Part shown: positions 37,678 through 47,665 of the stretch, piece after piece
Layout: every line of letters starts with the position of its first letter
How positions within the stretch are numbered: position 1 is the stretch's first letter
Assembly: GCA_043801595.1 (NCBI GenBank)
Contig: JAZDLW010000022.1
Coordinates: forward strand, 26,812-90,811
DNA from: Candidatus Aenigmatarchaeota archaeon
Lineage (GTDB): Archaea; Aenigmatarchaeota; Aenigmatarchaeia; JACPZZ01
Reading direction: 5' to 3'
Length of the DNA stretch: 64,000 nt
Translations under genes and position numbers: made by a program
Notes under the pieces: model-generated
What the model was told of the DNA's origin: nothing
Databases searched by the model: none
What the model saw: the letters and a program-made list of their open reading frames with translations, nothing else

Positions 37678-38171
37678 AAGGAATAGTTATAGTGCGGGAT
37701 TTCCTGATATTTATCGCAGAGCTCGCTGTACTGTTGTTCAGCCTCGTTTTCATAACACAGGCCGGCAGCCAGATGGGCGATTTCGTTTTCAATTTCGATT
37801 CGCGTGTAGCATCGGAAACTATATTCGGCTTCGAAGCTGCGGCCGATATGTCAGGCGGAAATTTTGAAGCTGGTTTCACGATGCCTGCAAACCCGTACAA
37901 ACTTTCCATAGGAACTGACAACGGAAATTATTTTGTGCTGATTGATTCGTCGCGCGAAACATTCCACGCGCCTGGTGGCGTTACGATAAAATTCCAGAAG
38001 CCGAGAAAATTGTTCCTTATACACACGATCGGCAATAATCTTGCGGTGCTTGACGGCGAGATTGCTGCGCCTGCAGGCGGAAAGATGAGCGAAAGCCAGA
38101 ACTGGCGTGTGGACGTGAAGCGTGTTAACAACGATATCAGCGTAAGCGCGATTCCGCTGGGGGCGAAGTAA
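37674..38171 (+). CDS. Pilin-like protein
   Basis: MKG|IVIVRDFLIF; ATGA overlap. Confidence 0.6.
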   Translation: MKGIVIVRDFLIFIAELAVLLFSLVFITQAGSQMGDFVFNFDSRVASETIFGFEAAADMSGGNFEAGFTMPANPYKLSIGTDNGNYFVLIDSSRETFHAPGGVTIKFQKPRKLFLIHTIGNNLAVLDGEIAAPAGGKMSESQNWRVDVKRVNNDISVSAIPLGAK

Positions 38172-38173
38172 AC

Positions 38174-38614
38174 ATGTCGTCATTTTTATCCGAGAATTTT
38201 CTAAAGATAGTTTCGCTGGCGCTGACCATATTCGCGATACTCGGATCAATCGTCCAATTCCAGTCGTTTGCGATACAACTGCACGGAAAACAGACGGACA
38301 GGCTCTATATAATGTTCGGGCAATATCTTGCAGGCGCGCCGTTCATTACAGCGAGCGATCCGGAATACAGAAAAGGCGTGCTTGATGAAGTTAAATTGAA
38401 CGCGTTAACAAATGATTCGTTTAAAACAAAATTCAGCTTTGCCCAGATAGACAAATACCTCGTGGAGATAACGACGGATTCTTCTGGCTGGATATTCGGT
38501 GACGATTCGTTGTTAGGTGCGAATTACAGACTGTGGACTTATCCGGTTGCCGTAAAAACAACGGATGCGGTTGTTCCGGGAAAGATGTTAGTTTATGTTC
38601 CAAAAGAGGCGTGA
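38174..38614 (+). CDS. Pilus-associated protein
   Basis: N-terminal TM; YPVAV...PGKMLV tail. Confidence 0.6.
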   Translation: MSSFLSENFLKIVSLALTIFAILGSIVQFQSFAIQLHGKQTDRLYIMFGQYLAGAPFITASDPEYRKGVLDEVKLNALTNDSFKTKFSFAQIDKYLVEITTDSSGWIFGDDSLLGANYRLWTYPVAVKTTDAVVPGKMLVYVPKEA

Positions 38615-38615
38615 T

Positions 38616-39173
38616 ATGGTTAGAAAATTAAAAGGCGACATTTGGTTTGTTTCGGATTTTCTATTCCTCGTATCGCTGTTCTCAGTCTCGATGATAATGT
38701 TGTTTTCGATGAGCATTGCAAAGCTCATTGTGGGTAACCTTATCGATTATACGGTTCACGCGCAATTCCTCGAATTCTCCCTAAACAACGAGAACGCGTT
38801 GCTGTCGGGCTCCGAAATTAAAATAAATCCGTCGGATCCGCAGCTGAAACGAATTATGTCGTTCGCGGCGTTCCAATGGAACGGAGATCCGATATGCGGT
38901 TCGCCGCCTGTTGCTCCCTGCTGGGACGGTAATGTTTTCATCGACGGCGTGTTTTACAATGTTAATGACATGACAAAAGGAATATTCGACAAGCTTGTGG
39001 GCGGGCCGTATGTTCTCGAATTAAGAAAGAATTTCAATGGCGTTGACAAAAGATTTATCATCGCATCGCGCGACGCAGATAATATAAACGCGGATCCGGA
39101 AGTTGCGGAACTGGAATTCGCTGTTCCGTACTCGTCGCCGGCGTTTTACAGGTTATACTCGGTGATAAAATGA
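38616..39173 (+). CDS. Pilin-like protein
   Basis: RKLKG|DIWFVSDFLFLV. Confidence 0.6.
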   Translation: MVRKLKGDIWFVSDFLFLVSLFSVSMIMLFSMSIAKLIVGNLIDYTVHAQFLEFSLNNENALLSGSEIKINPSDPQLKRIMSFAAFQWNGDPICGSPPVAPCWDGNVFIDGVFYNVNDMTKGIFDKLVGGPYVLELRKNFNGVDKRFIIASRDADNINADPEVAELEFAVPYSSPAFYRLYSVIK

Positions 39174-40501
39174 AAGGCGGAATAATGACGTTTTCCGGCA
39201 GCCTGATAATGATATTGATAGGCGTCGGAATAATCTGGTGGTTCCGTTCTGTTTCGGTGTCGGAGGCGTTCATAACATCCGAGCGGCACAAGGAGAGCTT
39301 TTCAACACTTAACTATGCCGAATTCGCGAAGAAAACTCTTGAGGAAGCGGCGTATATGTATTCGTATATAGGCGCTGCGAAAATGGGAATAACAGGAGGA
39401 ACGAACGTTGCGCAGAAAAAGGATGAGATCGCGATATGGAAAACAGCGCCGGATGAGATTACGATAAAGAACGAGCTTAAGAAAAATATCAGCGGCGAAA
39501 TCGACAATTCATTACCAGAAACGTCGATACCCGGAAAGTTCCTTGTAACTTCGTACTTAACAACGAAAATCGATGTGGCTGCGGACAAATCCGATTTATC
39601 GGCATCGGATAAATTTTCGGTAAAAGGAGAGAAAAATATAGTTGTAAAGAAAAATCTGGAGAGTTCCGGAATATACGTGACCGCTAAACTTAAGGGAATA
39701 ATCGATACGGAGATAAAATTAAAGTATTTCGCGCTTTACGATGCTGCGCGCCAGTTCATAAGCAGCGGACAAGCCGAGGCGAGGATAAACAATGCATTCG
39801 CTGCGATTAATACGATTGGCAGCGCAACTCGTTCCTCGTCCAAGTGCGGAACGTTCGATCCGTGCAATTACGGAAATCCGTACGACAGTTCTTGTCCGTC
39901 ATCTGCGGCTGCGACAGAACCAGCAGATGCCGAGGCTTTGGCTAACACAGGTTACGCAACTTTGGCAGGAACAACGTTTTCCGAAACAATATCAGGATCG
40001 CCATTCTCGTCTTTCCTGGCAAAATTTGAAAAATACGGGACTCTGACACCGAAAGCCGGATATAACGATTTGGACAAGTCTGTCAGTACGGGTTCGTGTT
40101 CGTTCACATGCAGTTATTTAAAGTATAATGCCTGCCAAACAACAAGAGAAGTGTGCGTGCCGGTGGACCCTCCCACAGATCCCCCGTCGCCTGATGTTTG
40201 CACAGACGTATGTGTCGGAGGAGATGACACACTTTACAGCAGTTGTTCCGCTGGCACTAAAACGAGCACGATAACGTTCACGTTCGTAGCGGACATGTAT
40301 GCAAAATACTCTTCGGAGGATCCTAACAGCCAAGTGCCGTCGCAAAACCTCAAAAGCATAGCGGGAAAAACGCTTCCTTACGATACTCTGAAGTTTAACT
40401 TTCTCACACATAGCTGTTCTGTGATTAAAGGCGGAAGCGTTTCAACGGAACTGAAAAGCGATGTTACAGACTGTTCAATAACAACGAGTCATGTTATATA
40501 A
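39170..40501 (+). CDS. Large pilin-like protein with Cys-rich insert
   Basis: MKG|GIMTFSGSLIMILIG; Cys/Pro/Thr-rich C-half. Confidence 0.65.
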   Translation: MKGGIMTFSGSLIMILIGVGIIWWFRSVSVSEAFITSERHKESFSTLNYAEFAKKTLEEAAYMYSYIGAAKMGITGGTNVAQKKDEIAIWKTAPDEITIKNELKKNISGEIDNSLPETSIPGKFLVTSYLTTKIDVAADKSDLSASDKFSVKGEKNIVVKKNLESSGIYVTAKLKGIIDTEIKLKYFALYDAARQFISSGQAEARINNAFAAINTIGSATRSSSKCGTFDPCNYGNPYDSSCPSSAAATEPADAEALANTGYATLAGTTFSETISGSPFSSFLAKFEKYGTLTPKAGYNDLDKSVSTGSCSFTCSYLKYNACQTTREVCVPVDPPTDPPSPDVCTDVCVGGDDTLYSSCSAGTKTSTITFTFVADMYAKYSSEDPNSQVPSQNLKSIAGKTLPYDTLKFNFLTHSCSVIKGGSVSTELKSDVTDCSITTSHVI

Positions 40502-40570
40502 AAACAAGCGAAACCTTTGCCATGTTAAGATATTTAAGGGTCACAAACAAACATTATAATTAAGATAAAA

Positions 40571-40936
40571 ATGAAACGAAAGGGTATCGCACTTCCAATC
40601 GACATGCTTGTTATTCTTGCGATCGCTGTCATAATCCTGATAGCGGTTGTTGCAGTGTTCATGGGCGTATGGACGCCTTTCGCTGGCAACCAGCAGGCAA
40701 GAGCGAACTTTAATAATGCCTGCCAGATTTTAGTCAACACAGGATGCGCCGATTTGTCTACGAGCCAGTGGGTTAGTCTGTGCAAGGCTGCTAACGGAAT
40801 CGTTTTAAGTAAGGCTACATGTGACAATGACGTGGACAAGCTTGCTGTAAAGGTAGGATGCGGCTGCCCGAATGTTGCGCCGTTAGGAGCAACGACAACA
40901 ACTGCGACACCAACAACGACAACAACAACTATCTAA
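40571..40936 (+). CDS. Probable major pilin with Thr-rich tail
   Basis: MKRKG|IALPIDMLVILAIAVII; own TATA-like TATTTAAG at 40531; poly-Thr tail. Confidence 0.75.
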   Translation: MKRKGIALPIDMLVILAIAVIILIAVVAVFMGVWTPFAGNQQARANFNNACQILVNTGCADLSTSQWVSLCKAANGIVLSKATCDNDVDKLAVKVGCGCPNVAPLGATTTTATPTTTTTTI

Positions 40937-40980
40937 AAATTTCCGTTTTTCCGGTAGCAAAGTTTTGCGCACAATCGATT

Positions 40981-42159
40981 CTAAACCAGAAATTTTATTA
41001 TATTCTTAGACACGCCGGCTTTTGCTGCGCTTGTTTCGTCGAATTTTTCCGATTTTGACGGCTTTATGCCTGCGCCGCACACAACAAAAGGAACAGGTTC
41101 CGTCGAATGTTCATAGCCTTTTTTTGCGTCTAGAGAAATCGAGAAATGGTCGCTTGTCACCGCGATTACGGTTTTGTCAAGGTCGACGTTATCTAGTAAT
41201 CTTTGGATAACAGCCCTGTCGAATTTTTCTATGAAATCGGTTTTCTCGTCGCGCTTGCGATCATGCGACAACTGATCAAAAGCGTTGACGTGAAGAAGTA
41301 TAAAGCCGTATTTTTTCATTGCTTCGATAACTGCGTTGGTTTTGTTGTCGAGATCGGTGTCCTGTTTTCCCGTCGCGCCTACAGGTTTTATAAAATCCAT
41401 ACCGAGAAATTTCGCGATTCCCTGCAGCGTGTCATGCGCAGCTATAACGCAGCCTTTTTTACCGTAGCGTTCTTCAAAGCTTTCTGTTATGGTCATGTGG
41501 CCCGCGCTCCTGACTATTATAGTATTTGCGGGAATCTTTCTTTTTTTGTTTACCGGGTCTTCTCCGAGTATTTTCCGCGCCCTGCGAAGGAATTTGTTCA
41601 GGGCGCTTGCTGTTATTTTGGCGTTCGGCGTTTTCGGCGTTATCTGCTTTACCGAAACGTTCGTCGTTTTCGGGTCGTTTCCGATGATGTTGAACGACAA
41701 TGCTTTTCCATCGAGACGATGCATTACGATTGCCAGCCTATGGCCAAGCGTGTGCTCAACGTAAAACCTTATGCCGTCGATCTCGGTGCAGTCAAGCTTT
41801 TCCGCCAGTTCGTCCAGACCGGTATCATCCCGACCCGCCCGGCGGTCGACCAATAAATCGTCCTTTCCAAGCGTTGCGAAGTTCGCGCGCATGCATACGT
41901 CGCCTTTGTTTATTTCAATGCCTGTGCTTATCGCTTCTATGTAACCCCTTCCCGGATACGATTCGTCGTAACAACCCAGGATTTTTAACAAGCCTTCGTC
42001 GGTTTCCGCATCTTTTTCATAACCAACGTTTAACGCGCCTATAATTCCGTTTGCGGCGAGAAAATCCAAGCCGGGATGGTATGCGACGGAAAGAGGCGTG
42101 TCGCCCTTGTTATCGGGTTTGTCTGGCATGCCGTCACATACGATAAGAATGGCCTTCAT
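40981..42159 (-). CDS. apgM: 2,3-bisphosphoglycerate-independent phosphoglycerate mutase (archaeal type)
   Basis: CDGMPD..TPLS.A, PGRGYIEA, RANFAT, DRRAGR, D..SHD, TSDH, H..EPVP. Confidence 0.9.
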   Translation of the reverse strand: MKAILIVCDGMPDKPDNKGDTPLSVAYHPGLDFLAANGIIGALNVGYEKDAETDEGLLKILGCYDESYPGRGYIEAISTGIEINKGDVCMRANFATLGKDDLLVDRRAGRDDTGLDELAEKLDCTEIDGIRFYVEHTLGHRLAIVMHRLDGKALSFNIIGNDPKTTNVSVKQITPKTPNAKITASALNKFLRRARKILGEDPVNKKRKIPANTIIVRSAGHMTITESFEERYGKKGCVIAAHDTLQGIAKFLGMDFIKPVGATGKQDTDLDNKTNAVIEAMKKYGFILLHVNAFDQLSHDRKRDEKTDFIEKFDRAVIQRLLDNVDLDKTVIAVTSDHFSISLDAKKGYEHSTEPVPFVVCGAGIKPSKSEKFDETSAAKAGVSKNIIKFLV

Positions 42160-42208
42160 AAAACGATTTGTGCGGCAATATTAATATCCTTTGGGTGAAT
42201 AACAGCGT

Positions 42209-42979
42209 ATGTTAATAGATCTGCGTTTAACTATGGAAAGCGGCCAGACGCCGGAGTTCGTATGGGATAAAAACGGATACAGATATTCGCGCATTGTTGA
42301 CGGGCGCACATGCGAACTATGGCAGGACAAACAAATACTTTGCACAAACGGATTTGAAAATTATGTCAGCGGTTTTCTTCGCGAGACGGACGACCTGAAA
42401 ATAATCTACAAAAAAATCGACACGGACAGCGTTATGAACGAAGCTATCGAAAAGTACAACGGACTTAGAATAACGAAAAGCAATCCATGGGAGACGACAG
42501 TCTCGTTCATATGTTCTGCGAATAACAACATAAAACGGATAAGAAAAAACGTGCAATCACTGATGATCAATGGTGTTGTCATGACGCCCGCTGAAATATT
42601 GAAAACGGACCTAAACTACGCGAAGCTCGGTTTCCGCGAAAAATTCCTGAAAAAATCGTCCGAAATGATCGTTGGCGGGCACTCGCTCGAAGAAATAAAA
42701 AAAATGAAGTACGATGAAGCGGTCGAACATCTTATGAAATTGCACGGAGTCGGAAACAAAGTCGCGAATTGCATACTCCTGTTCGGGTACGGATTTTTAG
42801 AAGCGTTTCCCGTTGATACGTGGATATCGAAGGCGATGACAAAAATTTATTTTGGCGGAAAGAAAGCGAGCGTCGATAAAATACAATCGTTTGCGCAGGA
42901 CAGGTGGGGAAAATACGCGGGCTATGCGAACCAGTATTTGTTCTGCTACGCACGACAACTAAAAACAGACGCTCCATAA
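42209..42979 (+). CDS. 8-oxoguanine DNA glycosylase (OGG1-like HhH-GPD)
   Basis: ESGQ, SFICSANNNIKRI, GVGNKVANC, AFPVDTW, AGYANQYLF. Confidence 0.88.
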   Translation: MLIDLRLTMESGQTPEFVWDKNGYRYSRIVDGRTCELWQDKQILCTNGFENYVSGFLRETDDLKIIYKKIDTDSVMNEAIEKYNGLRITKSNPWETTVSFICSANNNIKRIRKNVQSLMINGVVMTPAEILKTDLNYAKLGFREKFLKKSSEMIVGGHSLEEIKKMKYDEAVEHLMKLHGVGNKVANCILLFGYGFLEAFPVDTWISKAMTKIYFGGKKASVDKIQSFAQDRWGKYAGYANQYLFCYARQLKTDAP

Positions 42980-42980
42980 C

Positions 42981-43050
42981 CAGACGCACGGAAACTGAAA
43001 CAGACATTGTCTGTTTCTAGCTGCTCATGCGTCAGTTTTCGATGCGTCTG
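42981..43050 (+). repeat. Family B hairpin (42995..43026) nested in a larger inverted repeat
   Basis: CTGAAACAGAC-ATT-GTCTGTTTC-TAGCTGCTC inside CAGACGCA...TGCGTCTG. Confidence 0.6.
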
Positions 43051-43078
43051 TTTCAGGCGGCTTCTTGGTTTTTGGAAA

Positions 43079-43124
43079 CACATAAAATTAAATTTTCTGT
43101 GCACGAAAACCGAAGTTTTAGTTG
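43079..43124 (-). mobile_element. Family A mini-element (reverse)
   Basis: Reverse complement CAACTAAAAC-TTCG-GTTTT-CGTGCA-CAGAAAAT-TTA-ATTTTATG-TG. Confidence 0.7.
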
Positions 43125-43131
43125 TGCAAAT

Positions 43132-45900
43132 TCAGTTCTTCATATTAAATCTGTGTCTGATATAATCTTCTGACAGCAAGTCCAGCTTTGGAACGGATTT
43201 GGTAGATATGCGCGCCAGCTCGGCGAAAAACTCCTTTTCAATCATTTCCCTGATCTTCTCGTCCCTTCCTTCCACACGGCAGACGAGCATCGGCTGCGTG
43301 TTTGATTTTCGCGCCAGAGCTTGACCTATCCATGTTCCATTCTTATACCAGACTATGATGCCGCCGTCGGTCGTATCTATGTGAAAACCTTTTTTTCTGA
43401 AGACCGAGATAATTTTATCCACAACTTCCTGCTTCTTTGCCAATACGTTCGTGGGAAGCCGTATGTTCAATTCGGGCGAGGACGAATATCTTGGGATCTC
43501 CTCATCCAAATCCATGAAGCTCTTTCCTTCATCCAAGGCTTTTGCGATGATACTGAGGACCTTTGTCGCAGCCAGAGCCGCGTCGTCAAACATCCAGTTC
43601 TCCTCATACCCCGACATCTGGTGCCCGGAAAGTTCTGCTGCAAGAGCAACAGGCTCCCTGTTCCTGCGAATGTCGATTTTTTTCCCGAACACATCGGCGT
43701 GATTGGCGCCAGCTGCTATGGCACAATCGATTTTTTTGGCAGCCTCTTTGATGAACGCGAACCCGGTCGGCACCATTATGAACTCGCCGCCGCATTCGGT
43801 GATAAATTCTTCAGCCATCCTCGAAAATTTGACTTCGCCTATGAACCTGGGTTTTCCAGGATTCCCTTTTCGTCGGTGCTCTTCGATGATAGATTTCGCC
43901 TGAATTGCAAGCGTTCTGTCGCCTTCCACGACCCGTCCGTCGCGCCTGACATATATCACCCTGTCGCCGTCCTCGTCAAAACCAATGCCGACAACTTCTT
44001 TGCCGCTTTTCGTTTCTTTTACAGCGGTTTCCAGTTGTCTGCGGTATTTCTCCTTAATCGGGTCTGGCACATGTGCGGGGAAAGACCCGTCAGGCGTTTC
44101 GTTCATCGCAATTACGCTCACGCCCAAGTCCGTGAAAATCTTCTTCGTCCTCCAGCACGAACCGTTGCCAAAATCTATGAACAATTTCAATCCTTTTAGC
44201 GGATGCGTGATTGCGGTTTGCGGCTGCTTGAATCCTGCGGGAAGTTCCAATCGTTTTTTGATTTCTTCCCATTTCTTCTCGTCGCGCCTCTCAGGGAAAT
44301 CCAGTCCAGAAACGGCATCGATGAGGGCTTTGAGATTTCCTTTCCATTTCTTCAACAGAAAAATCCAGATGTCCCTTCCCAGCCTGCAGTTTGCTTTTAC
44401 CAGTTCGTTGTGGTATTTTGGCACTTCGCCTTCGAGAATCTTCACACACTTTCCGTTTCCTTTTAAAAAATTTCCCCCCAAGACGATTTTCTTTATCTCA
44501 AGCATTTCCTGCGCATTTATGCTGCAAATGAATCCTTCCTTTTTAATCACCTGCTTCAGTCCGTTGTATTCCGCGGCATTGTGGCTTGCCGTGATGTTTA
44601 TCCCGCCATCGGAATTGAGATACGGAATGGAAAAATAAAGTTCCGGTGTGGTGGTCGTCCCGATATCATAGACATTCACACCCGATTCGACAAGACCTTT
44701 TATCAGCGATGTCCGCACGCGTTCGGTTGTCAGCCTTATCCCTCCCCCAACGCTTGCCCAAAGATTTTCCGACGCGTTGTTTTTTCTTAAGAAAGTTCCA
44801 TAGCCTTTTCCAAGATAGTATGCTACACGATCAGGCAGTTTGTCCGACGTTTCTCTCACATCATATGTCTGGAATATCACCGGGTTTATGTGTTTCGGCG
44901 TGACTAAAAAGGATTTCAGCAGGATTGTTTTTTCGCTTGCGGTTATGGAATAGTCTTTCAGGCTTGCAGGAACAAGCAAGGACTCTCCTCTCCGCAAAAC
45001 CTCTTTCGCTTTTCCACACACGAATACGGCATTTCCCTGCAGGCACAAAACAATTTGGAATGAATCGTTGGTTTTCAAATCAATACGGTTGTCCTTGTCC
45101 AGCGTAATCCTGTCCACAGAAAAAAACATTCCGTCAATAAGACTCTCTTCATTCTGATTCATTTTATGCGGCATTTTTCTGAAGTTGCTTTCATTTGTTT
45201 TCGTGAAATCAAGGGACTTCAGGCCCTTTTCGACGTGCATTTCCCTTATTGGAACCCGGTTCCAGTCCCACAGGCGATAAGTCAAGCCGGACGACTGCTG
45301 TATTTCAGCCAGCACAATACCTTTGCCTATTGCATGGGCAGTGCCGGCAGGGTTGAAAACCAAATCTCCAGGCTTCACATGGATGGCATTGAGGTATTTT
45401 TCCGCAATATTGACATTCCTAGAATTGAGGTCGCTCTCGAATTGCCGCTTATCGACATCCTTCTTAAAACCGAGATATAGCACGGAGTTTTCATCAGCAT
45501 CCAGCACGACCCAGAACTCGTTTTTTCCGCTTTGCGTCTCGCCGAGTTCGGCGGCCTTTTTGTCAGACGGGTGGACTTGGACAGAAAGGTTGTCGTTCGC
45601 GTCTATCAGCTTCACCAGCATTGGCAGTTCGCCGAACTCTTCCGCGACATGTTTTCCCAGGATTTCATTCGGCATCGATTTTACGATGTTCGGCAATAAG
45701 AAACTCTGGCCGTTTGCGATCACCTCGGAAGCGTGGTTCGGATGCGAGGAGCATTCCCAGGATTCTCCTATCTTCTTGCCCGACGATTTTAACCCTTTGA
45801 TTCTTTCAATACGGTTCCCGCCCCACACCAATTCCACCAGCTCTGGGAAGGGCTTGATGAATGCGTCTTTTAACTTCTGCGAGGGGATTGTTCGAGTCAT
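43132..45900 (-). CDS. Fused class I mannose-6-phosphate isomerase / phosphomannomutase-phosphoglucomutase
   Basis: WGG, GESW, LSVQVHP, GTAHAIG..EIQQSS (cupin PMI); YDVR, ITASHN, FDEDGDR, AELSGH, RKSNTQP (PMM/PGM). Confidence 0.88.
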   Translation of the reverse strand: MTRTIPSQKLKDAFIKPFPELVELVWGGNRIERIKGLKSSGKKIGESWECSSHPNHASEVIANGQSFLLPNIVKSMPNEILGKHVAEEFGELPMLVKLIDANDNLSVQVHPSDKKAAELGETQSGKNEFWVVLDADENSVLYLGFKKDVDKRQFESDLNSRNVNIAEKYLNAIHVKPGDLVFNPAGTAHAIGKGIVLAEIQQSSGLTYRLWDWNRVPIREMHVEKGLKSLDFTKTNESNFRKMPHKMNQNEESLIDGMFFSVDRITLDKDNRIDLKTNDSFQIVLCLQGNAVFVCGKAKEVLRRGESLLVPASLKDYSITASEKTILLKSFLVTPKHINPVIFQTYDVRETSDKLPDRVAYYLGKGYGTFLRKNNASENLWASVGGGIRLTTERVRTSLIKGLVESGVNVYDIGTTTTPELYFSIPYLNSDGGINITASHNAAEYNGLKQVIKKEGFICSINAQEMLEIKKIVLGGNFLKGNGKCVKILEGEVPKYHNELVKANCRLGRDIWIFLLKKWKGNLKALIDAVSGLDFPERRDEKKWEEIKKRLELPAGFKQPQTAITHPLKGLKLFIDFGNGSCWRTKKIFTDLGVSVIAMNETPDGSFPAHVPDPIKEKYRRQLETAVKETKSGKEVVGIGFDEDGDRVIYVRRDGRVVEGDRTLAIQAKSIIEEHRRKGNPGKPRFIGEVKFSRMAEEFITECGGEFIMVPTGFAFIKEAAKKIDCAIAAGANHADVFGKKIDIRRNREPVALAAELSGHQMSGYEENWMFDDAALAATKVLSIIAKALDEGKSFMDLDEEIPRYSSSPELNIRLPTNVLAKKQEVVDKIISVFRKKGFHIDTTDGGIIVWYKNGTWIGQALARKSNTQPMLVCRVEGRDEKIREMIEKEFFAELARISTKSVPKLDLLSEDYIRHRFNMKN

Positions 45901-46105
45901 AAAAACCTATAGTCTTAATATTCATATATTTTTCCAAGTCCGATGAAGTCGATTTTGTCAATCATTATGTCCTACCTTATCCTATTAGATCTTACCTTAT
46001 CCTCCTTGATATGTCCGCTTCCATATTTAAAACTATCGAAAGCGGAGTTATGCCAAAATCAACCGGAATTCGCGAAAAACGCCAAACCGCGCTGGCAGAA
46101 CCGGA

Positions 46106-47665
46106 TTACCTTTCAAGAATGAAAAATCTTTTGTCGTATGTGCCAGGCGGAATTTTTGATATGATCATCCTTTCCTGCAGCTTCCCGTAAACGCCTATTG
46201 GGTTGAGATTCTCCGCCAGTTTGATAGCCGAAGAAAGATTGCTTTCCTTTTCAGCGCGAATTTCCATCAGGACTTCGTCCTTTTTTACAGCGTCGCCGAT
46301 TTTCTTTTTGAACAATATTCCAGCTCCTTTGGCTTTCGGCGTACCAGCCTCGCGTGCTATCTTTACAATGTCATGGTTCGCGATCCACCATATTGTACCA
46401 TCGGATTTGCTCCTTATTTCCGCGACATGTTCGCCGACATCGATGTCTTCTGCTTTTATCTGCGGATTTCCGCCCTGCTGTTCGATTATCTGGCGCAGCT
46501 TGCGTTCGGCGGAACCGCTTTTCAAAAGTTTGTACGCGAGATCTTTACCGTTCTTTTCGCCAGCCAATTCCAGTAACGCGCCAGCCACATTGACGGCTTT
46601 TTCAACAAGATCAGGCGGCGAATTGATATTTGATATTGTGTTCAGCGCCTCCCTTGCCTCGAGAGCTGGACCCACACCATAGCCGATCGGCTGCTCGCCG
46701 AACGTCAGCAGACAATTAACGACTATGCCCATGTTTCCCCCGAGTTCTATGAAATCCTTTGCAAGCGACTGGGCTGCTCCGATTGTTTTTAACTTCGCTC
46801 CGCGGCCTGTCGGTATATCTATTAGGACATGCGTTGCGCCGACCGCCTTTTTCTTTGACATGACCGACGGCAGCAATAGAGGATCTATCGATAAGGGATA
46901 TTCGACCTGAATGAATATGTCGTCGGCCGGAGCTAAATCAACGGCCCCGCCCCATGCAATGCAGCCGTTTGTTTTTTCAACGGTTTTCAGTATTTCGTCG
47001 ACGCTTAGATTTACAGGGCAAAGACATTCCATCCGATCCGCAGTTCCGGCTGCGGACGTTATTGCGCGCGAGCTGGTTTTAGGTATTATGTAGCCCGCTG
47101 CGGCGATGATGGGGACAACGAGCATCGTTGTTTTATCTCCCGGCACTCCGCCCAACGAATGTTTGTCAAGAATTATCTTGTTTTTTATTTCCAGCATTTT
47201 TCCGGTTTCAGCCATTGACGTTGACAGTGCAACAGTTTCGTCCATCGACATTCCGTTGAAGTGCAGCGAAGATACGAACGCAGTTATTTCCACGTCGGAT
47301 AATTTCCGGTCGACCGTGTCTTTTACTATCGCGAACATCTCTTCCTTGTTCAGCCTTATGCCGTTCATTTTTTTTGTTATGAATTCCTTTGATGCGGGAG
47401 CACCGGCAGGCTCTACGCTTACTATGTCTTTATTCTTGATCTGGAGTTTGCTTTCAACTTCCTTGTAAATTCCTATCTCTCCTCGGTCGACCCACTTTTT
47501 TGAAAGGTCTACGATGCATACGATTTCACGGCCGTTGTTCGATACTTTCGCCCGATCTGTAGAATAGATTCCCATCTCATCGGCGTCGTGCGGATTCAGT
47601 ATTACAACAAAAGCATTTCCAGATTCTATTCCTGCGGGTTTCGAACGAAGCATCATAGTAGTCAT
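46106..47665 (-). CDS. deoA: AMP phosphorylase
   Basis: N-terminal extension plus DKHSLGGVPGDKT, KTSSRAITSAAGTAD, GVGPALEARE. Confidence 0.95.
   Translation of the reverse strand: MTTMMLRSKPAGIESGNAFVVILNPHDADEMGIYSTDRAKVSNNGREIVCIVDLSKKWVDRGEIGIYKEVESKLQIKNKDIVSVEPAGAPASKEFITKKMNGIRLNKEEMFAIVKDTVDRKLSDVEITAFVSSLHFNGMSMDETVALSTSMAETGKMLEIKNKIILDKHSLGGVPGDKTTMLVVPIIAAAGYIIPKTSSRAITSAAGTADRMECLCPVNLSVDEILKTVEKTNGCIAWGGAVDLAPADDIFIQVEYPLSIDPLLLPSVMSKKKAVGATHVLIDIPTGRGAKLKTIGAAQSLAKDFIELGGNMGIVVNCLLTFGEQPIGYGVGPALEAREALNTISNINSPPDLVEKAVNVAGALLELAGEKNGKDLAYKLLKSGSAERKLRQIIEQQGGNPQIKAEDIDVGEHVAEIRSKSDGTIWWIANHDIVKIAREAGTPKAKGAGILFKKKIGDAVKKDEVLMEIRAEKESNLSSAIKLAENLNPIGVYGKLQERMIISKIPPGTYDKRFFILER

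Noticed and set aside
40889..40932. ACA/ACG triplet repeat
   Set aside because: Encodes the poly-Thr tail of the pilin; ordinary low complexity.
45974..46003. Direct repeat TACCTTATCCT x2 upstream of the PMI-PMM gene
   Set aside because: Only two short copies; could be an operator but there is no further support.
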